Shown here piece after piece: positions 10,369-23,900 of a stretch of 49,201 nt of DNA. Numbering within the stretch: position 1 is the first letter of the stretch; each line of letters opens with the position of its first letter. Source of the stretch: Girardia tigrina (taxonomy: Eukaryota). Below the pieces are notes generated by a model that had not been told where the DNA came from, did not search any database, and was given only the letters and a program-made list of their open reading frames with translations. Position numbers and translations under genes: made by a program. The DNA lies in assembly GCA_001938485.1 (NCBI GenBank), contig MQRK01220026.1, positions 15,576 to 64,776 of the forward strand, written 5' to 3'.

Positions 10369-13300
10369 GTAGTTATATTTAATGATTTATATTTTTATTT
10401 CAAGATTATTCATTAAAGTATTCATGAAGATAGAGAAGCATTAGAAGATGAAATACAAAACAATTTGAAGAAAAGATCAATTAAAATTACTTATATAGTC
10501 ATGTTTTTTACTAGTGTATCCTATTCGATACAAATGCCGTCCATATGGCCTTACATGAATATTGTATCATATATTTTTTATTCTCTTTCAATTTTATATC
10601 AAAACTTAGATTAATCCATCATATTCGAAAGAATTCTTGGGTTGGGTGGTGGCAGCTTATAGTATTGGCCAGTTGGTCGCTTGTCCAGTCTTCTCGTATG
10701 CATCTGGAAAATCTGGACATTTTAGAATAGCTTTAATTATTTCTTCTTTATTGGCCATAGGCGGAAATTATCTTTATGCAATAATCAGTGATCTCAATGA
10801 AACGACGGTAAGAAAATTATTGTGTCAAACAGTTTCAGTAATCTAAACATCAAAACATTTTTATCATTTGATTTATGTTCTGAAGTTGCAACATGAAACT
10901 CTTTTACCGTTTAAATTTTTTGAAAGAGTAAAATATCATTCTTTTTCATTTGTATTTGGTGTGTCTGAAAAGTAATGAAACTCCCCTTATCCCACTTACA
11001 AGACTGACAGTTTCCAGTAATGCAATTTTTTCATACGAAATAGTTCCATTGGCTCGAATGACATCTTTGCAATGTGTATACAATCGTTCACGCTCAATGC
11101 GTCGGAACAGCTGCAATGACTCCTCCTGCATCTCTTCTTTGGAGTGGAAGTCCGTCTTTCTTAGGTCTTTTTCAGGTGCTTGAACAACTAGAGATCACAT
11201 TGACTCAATTATGGACTGTAAGGTGACTGACGGATCAGCTTGATCTGCCTTTGTTCAAAGTATTCCCTGATGTGTACAGCTGCATGAGGATACGCATTGT
11301 CATGTTGCCATCAGAGCTCATGCACCAGAATTTTTCTTATCCAGTCTTTCGAGCAACCAACATATTCTACTAACACCTCAATTAATGCTTTCAATTCTCA
11401 TCTGCCAGTTGCTTAACTTAAGCAATATTCTCATCTACTGTTGATGTTGAAGGCCTTCCACTCTTTGGTTGGTCACACAGAGATGTTCGTGAACCTTTAG
11501 AGAAATCAGATGGTAGATCAGTCATCTGTGTTTCTTATAGCTGCTCATACACTTCTGTAGCTGTACGTTCACGTTGTTGTTCAATAAAAGCATATGCACG
11601 AAAGTGCTCTTTGTTCAGCTTCATTTGTAACAGTCGTTGCACTAAGACAAAGTATACTACCAATGATGCTTTATATGTAATTACAGTTTCGATCGTGCCT
11701 TACTAGATTCTGTTGTACTCGAAGAAAATGAGTTCATCAATGAACTCATTTTCCCATCTTTCATGAAATTCTGACAAACAGATCATTGGGATAACCCTTG
11801 TTTGAATATTTATGTCACATTGTACTTTCTTATCCCAAACAGTTAATTTTACACATTGATGTATGATAAGCGTCAAATGGTACAATGATGTGTGCCCTAC
11901 ACTAAAGAACGACTTTAAGTTGTTCTGAAAGTAAGGATTGATTTTTTATTATCATTTTTAATATTAAAATGTTTTATATTTCTCTTATTGGAAGACGTTT
12001 TTTCATATTTCTTTTTATTAAAAACTTATTATAAATTTCATTTAAGACAATTATTTTTTTTTCATTTAAATACTAGAAAAGTACAGCTAGAAAATTGAAA
12101 AAAATGCATATCCTGTGGTTTTTATGACATTGGATAGGACACTGTTTACAAAATGGTTCTTTGCCTTTAAGAAAGGAAATATAAATTTTCAAAATGCCGA
12201 AATATGTTGTCAACCTTGGAGCACTGATGACCAAAAAATTAACTACAATATGGCTGATGAATATGTTTCAGATCTCCATTTAGTACCGTACACAATCATT
12301 TAGTCAAGCTTGTTTTCGCTATAAGATTTGATATTTTAATACATCACTAATTATGAAAAAAAGTGATTTCAGAGCGAACATTTGCATGAATTTCTTTGAA
12401 TAAAAGAAACAAAAAACAATTGCTGAAACAGCTCCTACTTGATGATGATAAGTGGGCTTTATATCGGTGTGGTACTGGAATTAAACACTTCCGAAGATAT
12501 ATATTTCCTCTGTGGAAAGCTGGTTTGCTGGTTCGTATATATGACATTTGGCCTTTTCGTATTGAAAGATGGTTCGCTTTCGATGCGACATTGATCCTTG
12601 GAGGTGCTAATTATGTATGGAAATATAACTGTGAGCATTGAAAGTTATTTTAGGAGACACTTAATAAATACTTAGAGAGTAAGATTTGGAGACAGAGTCT
12701 AAGAAAATAACTGACGAAGAATGTTGAAGTATTTTAAGAGTATATTTCAACTTGAATTTTAAGATAAGTGGTCATGTTGATGTAGTAGAAAAATGATTTG
12801 AACTGATGAAATAAACTCTCATCATAGAATAAAACTTGAATCCTAATCTCCGGTGTCCAATGTCGATATTTGCAACAGAATGCCAAAAGGTCGTGGAGAT
12901 TATTTCTTAGGAGCAGAAGTTTCCACATTTATATAAGGTTGAACTCATCGTAGAATGGCCTAAAGGAAGGTGCGAGAAGGAACCTAAGCGCTTATTTTCT
13001 TGACAGACCCCTTGGGATGGAGGTAGAATATAAAATAATCTTGACGGCAAATGTAAATAAGAAAATTAAAATATTTAGGAGACAATTTTCAATATATTTT
13101 GTTTGTCGATTAACCGTTTCAAATTGAACTGAATTTTGTTCAGGTTTATATAATTAATTTTAAACTGAAAATTAAAAATTTCAAATAGAGATTGATGTTT
13201 ATTGGGTTCTTGATCAAAAGACGTTGTCATGAACACAAAACTTTATTTCTACCACAATTTGGGTTTTTTAAACAAATATTTTCGAGGAACTTTTGCACTT

Positions 13301-16300
13301 TCTTTTTACACAGACCATTATAAATAAGAATTGATATAAATATAAATAAGGTTATTGTATTTTTTTCGAATTAAAATTCTATACTTTTTTCTAATAAAAA
13401 ATTATAAAGTGAATTAAAATTTTGTCACAAAGATTTTGTTTCGTCTTTTATTAAATTTCAATTTTATTGTACCTTGAAATTTACCTGTTTCTCAATTAAA
13501 TTTCCCAATTCTATACAATAGCATTTTTCATTTCGTTTTCATAATAAATTTAAAAATTACTTTGGATTTACACTACCGTACAAATTAGTTGGGACACTTC
13601 GTTTTTCGGTGAAAACTCAGCAACCATCAATCTGATTTTAATGAAATCAACAACCAAGGTGCTAATTAAGTAGAATATTATACTCACAACGTTTGATTAA
13701 GATATCGTTAACACAACGAAAGATTCGACCTTTTTAATGAAAACAACCCGTGCAAATTACTTGGGACAGCACTTTTCAAGTGCAAAACATTAATGTAAAT
13801 CCATAAATTGACATCTCCTTTGAAAGTTTTCTTGTCAGTGTACACAGATCTTGTATTTTGTCGTGTTTTAAAAAAAATTACGTTGTGTGAAGGTTGACTA
13901 TGTTTGACTGATGTGTGTATATGATGTGTGTATATGAACCAATCACATTCTTCAGCATTGACATCAGTCACCCGCTCTATATAAATGCACAGAATAAAGT
14001 AATGTAATTATTTTCTTCTGAATCAAGTCTGTTTATACTTATACGTCCGTTGCATACCATGGATGTGACTGAAAACATTAGAAAAGTTGCAGTTGAGCAT
14101 CATAGGAGTGGTTTATCCATCAGAAAAATTACAAGAAACCTCAGTCTCCCAAAGTCAACCATTGGAAATATTATCAAACTATATTCAAACACTGGGGAAA
14201 TTTCGTCCAGACGTCGTGGAAGATGTGGTCGTCCTAATTTATTGACCGTAAGGGAGGAGAGGAGTGTCTGCCGAGCCAGCACAATGAATCCTCAAGCCAC
14301 TGCCCGAGAGCTGCAAGATTGTGTTGGTGGAAATGTTGTCCGTGTTTCCGTTGACACAATCAAAAGAACTCTACGAAAGCATGGGAAACTCGCCTACAGG
14401 CCTATGAAGAGTCCTTTTCTCACCCCTCCCATCAAAAGGCTGTGCGCGAGCAATGGTGTCGTCAATATCAGCACTGGACAGCTGAAAATTGGCGAAAAGT
14501 AAGCTAAAAAGCAGTATAATCGTAAATAAAGACTCCAAAATTAACATTATTTGGTATTTTTATGTTTATTTCCATTAGGTTTATTTCTCGGATGAAACGT
14601 ACGTGGATGTCGGTGTTGCTCAGTCTCGATTTGTCCACCGTACATCAGATGAAATGATTCGCGACGAACATACGAGGACTCATCGACCGTTCGTCCAAAG
14701 AGTCCTCTTCTGGGGATGCTTTTCCGCCGCTGCTCCAGGCCCTTTGATCAACATTCACGTCACTATGAAGAGTGGTAATTACATTCAGACTGTACAGGAT
14801 CACATGCTACCCCACATTCAAGCTCAGTACCCGGATGGCAGTGGCATATTCCAACAGGATAATGCTCCCTGCCACAAGTNNNNNNNNNNNNNNNNNNNNN
14901 NNNNNNNNNNNNNNNNNNNNNNNNNNNNNCCAATAACATCAACATTTTAGATTGGCCACCTTATTCACCTGATCTCAACCCCATAGAGAATCTGTGGGGT
15001 ATCATAAAAAATAAGGTACGTCGTTTTCCACTTCTTGATCGTCAGTCTCTGGTGGCCGAAATGTTGAAGCAATGGCAAGATGTTTCTACTGTAACAATTT
15101 GTGAAAAACTAGCAACGTCAATGCCTGCACGCATTGCAGAGTGCATTACAAATCATGGTGGACACACACACTATTAAATTTGGAAGAAGAAACTCTTGTA
15201 AATGTTTTATTTCCGATGGATAAATATACAGTACAGTGTAGAATTGTCAAAAAATGGATGGTGTCCGAAGTATTTTGCATGGGGTATTTTCATTAAAAAG
15301 GTCGAATCTTTCGTTGTGTTAAAGATATCTTAACCAAACGTTGTGAGTATAATATTCTACTTAATTAGCACCTTGGTTGTTTATTTCATTAAAATCAGAT
15401 TGATGGTTGCTGAGTTTTCACTGAAAAACGAAGTGTCCAAACTAATTTGCACGGTAATGTAATAATATTTGAAAAAAGAATTTAAAACCGCAATTTTGTT
15501 TAATTTAACATTTTTTAAATTACCCCTTTTTTACATAAAAAATAAAATTATATTTCCATTAGTAATTACGTTTTCCAAAATAAAATGAAAACCGCAGCTT
15601 CATTTAAATCGATTTAATTGTTTTACAATTATATTTTGATTCCAATTTAAATTTCCAAAAAATAAAATTATAGTGACATTTTTAATTTACTTCGATTTAA
15701 TCGTGTAAAATAAAAGAAAGTTACCAAAAAATATTTTAGTTTACTTTCATTTCGCAAATAAAATATTAAACTTTATATTACTTTTGATTTTATTTAACTT
15801 AAATATTTTCATCAAATTTGAAATTAACTTTTCTACTTTATTTCATTAATAAATCTTTTAATAAACCTACCGTAAAATTTATTTTATTTCTTACATTAAT
15901 TAATTTTTTACATTAAATTTCTGAAAATCATATTTTAACATATCTATAACAATATTTTACGGAATGTAATTGTTTAATTATTAATTTGATAAGATTGTAA
16001 TTTCAAAAATTTTATGAACTCAACAATGTTAATATCAACTCAAATATTTATTGTTCTAATAATAAAATGGATCGAATTATGATTTGATTTTGTATTAATA
16101 AGATAATATTTTAAGTCCGAAACAGTGGCACTCCTTGTTTCAAGAGCAGTTATCGGTATTTCTGGAGCTAATATAGCTTCAATACGACTCTTTCTAACAT
16201 TGGCGACAACTGAAGAAGAAAGACTTGTTCCCATGTCTATTTTGAGTGCTTGTCAAGGATTAGGTTTTATTATCGGTCCAGGTATTGTTCATTCGATTTT

Positions 16301-19300
16301 AATATTATATTACTTTGTACAGGTCTTCAAGCAGCTTTTGTACCGATTGGATATCCTGGAATTTTAGAAATAAGCTTTATTAGAATAAATATGTATACCG
16401 CGTCAGGATTCTTTGGTGTTATATCCAGTAATTCAATTATTATTTAATTCAATTATTATCCTACATTTTTTGCATATTATTTTCAAATTTGAGCTATATT
16501 TAGTATATTACACTAAAACATTTGGAATTCTTCTTATTGGGGTGTTACAAAAGTTTCCAAAAATGTTAGGTATTATACCTAAATATTGTTTTTCCAAAAT
16601 ATTATACTTTCAACAAAGACAAATCTTAAAGAAATATATGCTTAATTGATTATATTTTGAGTCACCATTAACCCAACTAATACATTAAAAACATAAAGTT
16701 ATGTCATAATTATAATTTATTTTATTTACAGTATTTATTTCATATTTCCAGATTTCATAATTCTGCTAGTTCTAGCTATATGGTTCAGTGATAAATTTTT
16801 AAGAAAGTCAACAATTGAAACTAAAAGTAAGATTGTATTTTCTGAATGTTTTGTTTTTTAAAGGTCCTAGATAAATTTCACAAAAATGTTTTAGAAAATT
16901 TAATATACTTATTTGCTTTATGTGAGGATTTTAGGAAACTCTTAAATTAACTCTTTAAATCAAAGAGAAAATAAACATTTTAAGTTAATATTAAATTATA
17001 AAAGTAAAAAATAGAAATTTATTGTAAAATAAGTAGAGACAATAAAATGTGATATAAAGTTACAATATTAATAATATTTAAAAATAAATGTTTTAGATAA
17101 AATTTAAAGTAATGAATTTTGTAATTAAATAAATATAAAAAACAAATTAAATTTAAAATAAAATTAGTAAAATAATAGATTTGAAAATGTATTAAATAGA
17201 AGATCTTAAAAATAGTTTAAGAGAATTTAATAAACCTAAAAAAGTAAGTACAATAAGAAAAAAACTAAATATAATAATAAATTTTAAAAATTAATGAAGC
17301 TTAATAAAATTTTTGTTCAAAAGAAAATACAATATTTAAAAAAATTTAAAATTTAATACAAAATTAATACATAAAATATTTGTAAATAGTTTATGTTTAT
17401 AATTTAAATAGTTCTAAATAAAAAAAATTATAAAATTAAATACCATACGAAATTTCGAAAATAATAAATTTAAAAATATTTATATTTTATAATTATTTTG
17501 ATATTATTGATTTGTGCAAGAGAAATGCAGAAATTTACGTAGGCAAAACTTGTTTATATAATTGTTGTTTTTAATCAAGTTTCAATAAATGTCTTTATCT
17601 GAATTATCGTCAGAATGCATTCCCGAACCTTTTACTTTATCATATTCTTTGAATTATTATTGTAAGGGAAATCAATTATAACTCATTAATTAACCTATTT
17701 CTACTATATTTAAATAAATTTATTTATAAATGGATCCAAATACTGTTACATTAAAAACTCCTGATAATTCATTTGTTTAAATAATATATAGGGTTGGTAG
17801 TTTTTTGAATTTAATCAATTTTTGATTGTCAATTTCCTAATTGTTAATTTAATTATTGGCAATGTCCGACAATACTTACAATTATTAACTATTATTTTTC
17901 AAATTAAAATTAATAGTTTACATTACTATATTAGGTTGGTCGAAAAATAATGGCGGTTTTTGAGCTTTATACTTTGTTTATCTACTTTGATATGTATATA
18001 AGTTTAAATGCATTAGTGTTAGATATTATTTGAAATCTTATGCCTAGCTGTATATTCCTATAGCCATTATTAACATATTGCTGTTATTTTTTAGAATATT
18101 TACGGCACTAAATTAATAATGGAAAAAATTAAAATTCGAGCAATTTTCTTGTACGAATTTAAACTGGGTCGTAAAGCAGCAGAAACGGCTCGCAATATCA
18201 ATAAAGCGTTTGGCAAGGGAACAGCNNNNNNNNNNNNNNNNNNNNNNNNNNNNNNNNNNNNNNNNNNNNNNNNNNNNNNNNNNNNNNNNNNNNNNNNNNN
18301 NNNNNNNNNNNNNNNNNNNNNNNNNNNNNNNNNNNNNNNNNNNNNNNNNNNNNNNNNNNNNNNNNNNNNNNNNNNNNNNNNNNNNNNNNNNNNNNNNNNN
18401 NNNNNNNNNNNNNNNNNNNNNNNNNNNNNNNNNNNNNNNNNNNNNNNNNNNNNNNNNNNNNNNNNNNNNNNNNNNNNNNNNNNNNNNNNNNNNNNNNNNN
18501 NNNNNNNNNNNNNNNNNNNNNNNNNNNNNNNNNNNNNNNNNNNNNNNNNNNNNNNNNNNTCTTGATCGTATTGTTACCTGTGATGAGAAATGGATCCTGT
18601 ATGATAACCGACGTCGATCTGCACAGTGGTTGGACAAAGATGAAGTACCGAAACACTTTCCAAAATCGAAACTAACACTCCGTAAGGTTATGGTGACAGT
18701 TTTTTGGTGTGATGCTGGAATCATCCACTATAGTTTCTTGAATCCAGGTGAAACAATCACAGCGGAGAGGTACTGTCATGAAATTGATGAAATGCATAAA
18801 AAATTGAAAAGCCTTTGTCCGGGATTGGTCAATCGAAAAAGTCCCATCCTTCTTCATGATAACGCTAGACCTCATATTTCAAAAGTGACTCTTCAAAAGC
18901 TTAATGAGTTGGGCTATGAAACCCTGCCTCATCCACCATATTCACCAGACCTCTCGCCAGCGGACTTCTACTTTTTCAGGAATTTGTGCAACTTCCTACG
19001 TGAAAAAATTTTCAAAAACCAAAATGATGCTCAAAATGCCTTCCAAGCATTCGTCGCTTCGAGAATTGATGAATTTTATGCTGATGGAATAAAACAACTT
19101 GTTTCTCGTTGGCAAAAATGTATTGATGCCAACGGTTCATATTTTGATTAAGAAACTTTTGTTTCTGTGAATTTGTACGTCTTTGAAGTTTGTGTAATAA
19201 AATTGATTAATAAACTTTACATTAAAAAAAGGCTTATTGAAATTCTATATATATATATATATTATATACATATTTATAATACGGTTAAATTTAAAAAATT

Positions 19301-20919
19301 GTAAAATAAAAACTCATAAAAAAAGAACTTTGTTTAAATATTCAAAAATTTAAAAAGCAACATTTTTTAATAGAATAAATTTTATTTATGGACTCCAAAT
19401 TTGATGAGGCTTACGTTACAAACAGCTTTTCTAACATGGCGACCAAAGCCTCGGAGATCCTCCTATCACGATCTGTCCCATATCGATTCAAGAAAGGAGG
19501 AGATGTTGAAATTTTCTTCTCCAAATGCCGTAGATTCTTCGAGTTAACGCAGACCAAAGAAAATGTAAAAACTATTTTGGTGAAAACTCTGCTGGACGAC
19601 GAGGCCATCAAAGATTATGAGGAAGTAGATGACGGCGTGAAGAATTTCGAAGATCGATTAGGACAAGCATTCTCCAAGAAGAGTTCCCTATTTGAAGACC
19701 TGGCAGAAATTCTGAAATACCAGAGATGTTCCGAATCAGTTGAAGACTACTTTAAGACTGGCAAAATTGGCCAAGAAATTAGCCGCATACAATTGGGACG
19801 AAGCCGAATTAGATAAGGAGATACAATTGCACTGTTCCAGTGATAAAGAGATCTTAAAGGAAGTTGAGATGAGAGATTTAAATGAAATTGCGGATATAAA
19901 AAACGATGACAAAAATGGACAAGATACAAAAGAAATATGATCATGTTAATGCAGTGAAAGACGATTGGATCCAGGTACAATCCCGAAGAAACAAGACACA
20001 ATCTGGAATTAAAGGATTTGAAACGACATTAAATAACAACAACAAGAGAAACCCACAATCGACAGTGAGAAATTTTGAAGCGGAAGATTTACAATTTGGA
20101 AGGCGTATAGTTCTGGTTCTGCAATTTAATGGAACACATAAGCAGGAACTGCAGCAAAAGATTGCCCGTCACCTGCCATACTTGCGGAACACAGGGCCAT
20201 ATCAGAAAAAATTGTCCGAATCTGAAATGTAACCGATGTGCAGCCAATGGCCATAGGAGTGAAGAATGCTATACGAATATGACGAGAAGACATTGGGCAA
20301 ATAATCAAAGAGAAACGAGAAGACCTGATGTCACTGCCACAGTTGGAAGAACTTGGAACAACAACAACTCAAACCGAGGAGATAACCGACAATTGCCGAC
20401 TCAAAACAGACCCAACCAGCCAAGATACTACGAGGAGACCGACTACGAAAGAGGAGTAGGGAGAGGTAAAAAAATAGCATCGATGGAGATGGATGACGGT
20501 GAATGCAGAGACTTAGAGCAAGGAACCCCAAACGAGAGAGGCCCGACCGTAGAGGAGTCGGTCGGAGCTTTACAGTAAACAATTTTGAATTTAACCGTAA
20601 TCGTAAAAGTAGTTTATTTTCTATCTATAATAATATTGTTAAAGGGTTAATTTCTGAAGAATTATTGTGTTGTTTAAAAATATTTATAGCTGATTAGTTT
20701 TGTCACGTAACTAAGGATTTTGAAATTTTTATATATTTTGTTATAAGGGCTTTAAAAATTTATTTCTTATTTATATATTTTATTACAAAAATTTTTTAGA
20801 ATAATAATAAATAATTTTAAATACACTTTTGTTTATTGTAACCAAATTTATAATGGCTTTAAAAATTATTTATTTAAAAAAATTCAGCTGCAAAAAATTT
20901 CAGAGTCAAAATATATTTT

Positions 20920-20955
<36 letters not shown>

Positions 20956-23900
20956 TATATAAATTCTTTCAAAAAACAATTCAAAAAAACGGCGCAAAAA
21001 AGTCCTGATTCCACGTTTAGTGGTAATTACACAATTAATTATGTAGTTACTGTTTAACACAAAAACTTTCAACGAAGTTTATGTGTCACTTGATCTGACA
21101 TTAATTGCTGGATAAACCACTTTAATTAATTATGCATCACATGAAAGTGTTTCCCAATAATTTTTCAAATTGTTACATTATACTTTAAAATCATTTATTA
21201 ATTTAAAGTTATTTATTTAAAAGTAATATGCAACAATTTAAAAAAATTATCATTTAAAATTAGTTATTAAAGAATGATTCATTATTAAATTTAAAATCTT
21301 TTCTATAAATTTAAAAAAAATTTAGTTCACTAAATTGGTGTTTAATTAATTATATTTTGTTTCAGCTGTGGATGAAACTTTGGAAAGTGCCTATCAGGAT
21401 TACGATTCTTTACGTCTTTCAAATGAATTTGTTAATGACTATTTTTCAGCAATTTTCACACTCATATCATTTTTTTTCTGCATGATGAGTTTAGCCATTT
21501 TGGAAACGTAAATTATTATTATTATTGTGAATATTTAAAACAATTATTTATATTTCTCAAATAAACCACAAAAAATATTTATATACAGTTTACCCCTTTC
21601 GCAGCTGCTGGGACACATATGTCCCAGTGAATGTTTAAAAAAGCTGTTGGGACATATATGACCCATCATAAAAGACGATTGGGATATATTTGTCCCAACC
21701 TCCCCAGCCCGCCCCCTGAATAAATTTCCAAAAAAAACTTTTAAATAATAAATTTCAGACCGGAATAAACATTATATATTTAACAAAAATTATCTATAAC
21801 TTAAAACGGAAAGCCGCTGCGAAAGTGTTACTCTCGTTATAACGCCGCTATCGGGACCTGCCAAAAAAGCGGTGTAAAGCGAGGGTGGCGTTGTATCGAG
21901 TTAGCCTAAAATTAAAATTTGAACAAACATTAAATGACTACAAAATCATTCAGTCATCATTTTTTTATTCAATAAATGATCAATATATTGTGATGAATCC
22001 AAAATAATTAATATATATTTTATCTATTAAAGAAGCCACTACATTTTCTTGAAGAGGTTCGTGATGACAACTTACTTTTCCCTCTCACTTCTTGCATAAA
22101 TACGACGCAGCAATTTGGTATTTCAGATGTAGCACTCTTAGAATGCTCTAGAAAAAATAAAACTGTCTGACTTTCTTTAAAGATTATAGCCATGTATTCA
22201 CTGCAGCATTATCATTCCCACTAAGTTCTTCTTCCACTGTAGCAGTAGACACTAAAAAAATGTCATCGGTAAGTTCGACTTCTGTCTCCTGTGAATAATC
22301 AATCCGTTGAAACTCACTTTCAGCCAATCATATTCTCAGATAAAATAGTAAAAATGGCTTGAACGGATTTCCGTAATCAATAGGATCGACTGTGACACTT
22401 GAAGCGAAGCGAATACCAATACCATTCCAGCATTTGCCATTTTACAATAGCGCATTGCATAGTCCAAACGTAATTCATAATAATATATAATATATAATAT
22501 TATCAGATCTAACAACTGATTACAATATAAATAACAATGAACAAAATTATTGAATATCTTTCAAAAAACTTGATTTTTTAATAATTTATTTTTATAATAA
22601 TTTTTTATGATAATATATTTTGAAGATTGTACCGTCATCTTAAGATCACTGATTATGAGTGTAGGCAAATTTAATACCTAACTAATAAAATATTTAAATA
22701 TTAAACAAAATTTATGATTAATATTTCTTTAAATATTAAGATTTTAGGGAAAAATAAAGATTTAAAGAAGCGACTTATTTTTTATCTAATGTTTTTCAAT
22801 AATAATAATATCGTGGGAATCTTTCACCATTGTGTTAGAAGTGTGACTGAGATCAGCTATATCCAAGTCAAGATTCCTTCGTTCTTTAAAAACCCAACAA
22901 ACTGAATGCACAAGTAGAAATCTCTTTCAAATAAGCGAATATCACAAACGAGAAAACCAAATACTTCCATGAACTTACAAATCTTCCACCAGAAATATTG
23001 GACTATATCACATTGTCTATAGATCCCACCTGCTCAGTATCGTTCGACAAACTCGAATTGGCTCTCGTGAAGGAACATTCTCTGTTAGTCCAACAAGCAC
23101 TGCACAAAATAAACCAGCTCAAAACAGACCTAAAAATCAAACCGAAGACAAAGTCACGGAAATCTTCCATATCTGCTTCAAAGAACTAATTCAGAATCAA
23201 AAACTGGATCCTACCATCGGTAATATTCGTCAACAATTACAAACAATCAACAAGAACAAAGATGGACTTTGAATAGACATAACCACCAAAATACCCAGAA
23301 TATTCTTTCCTGAATGTCACAGAGATACCGAAATAGAACGACTACATAGTCTATGCCAAACAAAACATGTGACCAGAAATGTAAAATATAAACATATAAA
23401 CACAAAAATATACACCATATAAACACTGCAATTATAAATATATTTTATAAGGTTACTTCCAAGGAAGTAACAAATTGATCTGATTTCATTAATCCCTCTC
23501 AAAATACGTGTATATGTATTGGTTTCCTAACTACGAAGTAGACTACTTAGTCATAAAATGTTTACATTTATATCCATTCTTTTTCAATCATCATATAAAA
23601 TGTTTTACAATATATTTCCAATGATTTTTAGGAGTTCCACGCCGATGTCGATGGATAATTTTGGATGGTCAAAATCTTATGCTACATTAATTAATAGCAT
23701 TGTTTTGGCTGTATGTGGAATTTGCTGTCTTTTTGTGTTTCTTGGCATAAGATTTATCACAAAAATGTATAGTTGTATTTATTTGTTTTTATGATATTTG
23801 TTCCGATATTAACAGAATAAAAGAAAAAATAGTCCTTTTAATTGGATTTATTTTTGTTTTATTATCGGCAATTTCTTTGATTCCGTTTGGAAATAAACCG

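Noticed and set aside
10401-10418. Alternative MFSD8 acceptor at caag 10404
   Set aside because: It breaks the frame; aaag at 10418 keeps it.
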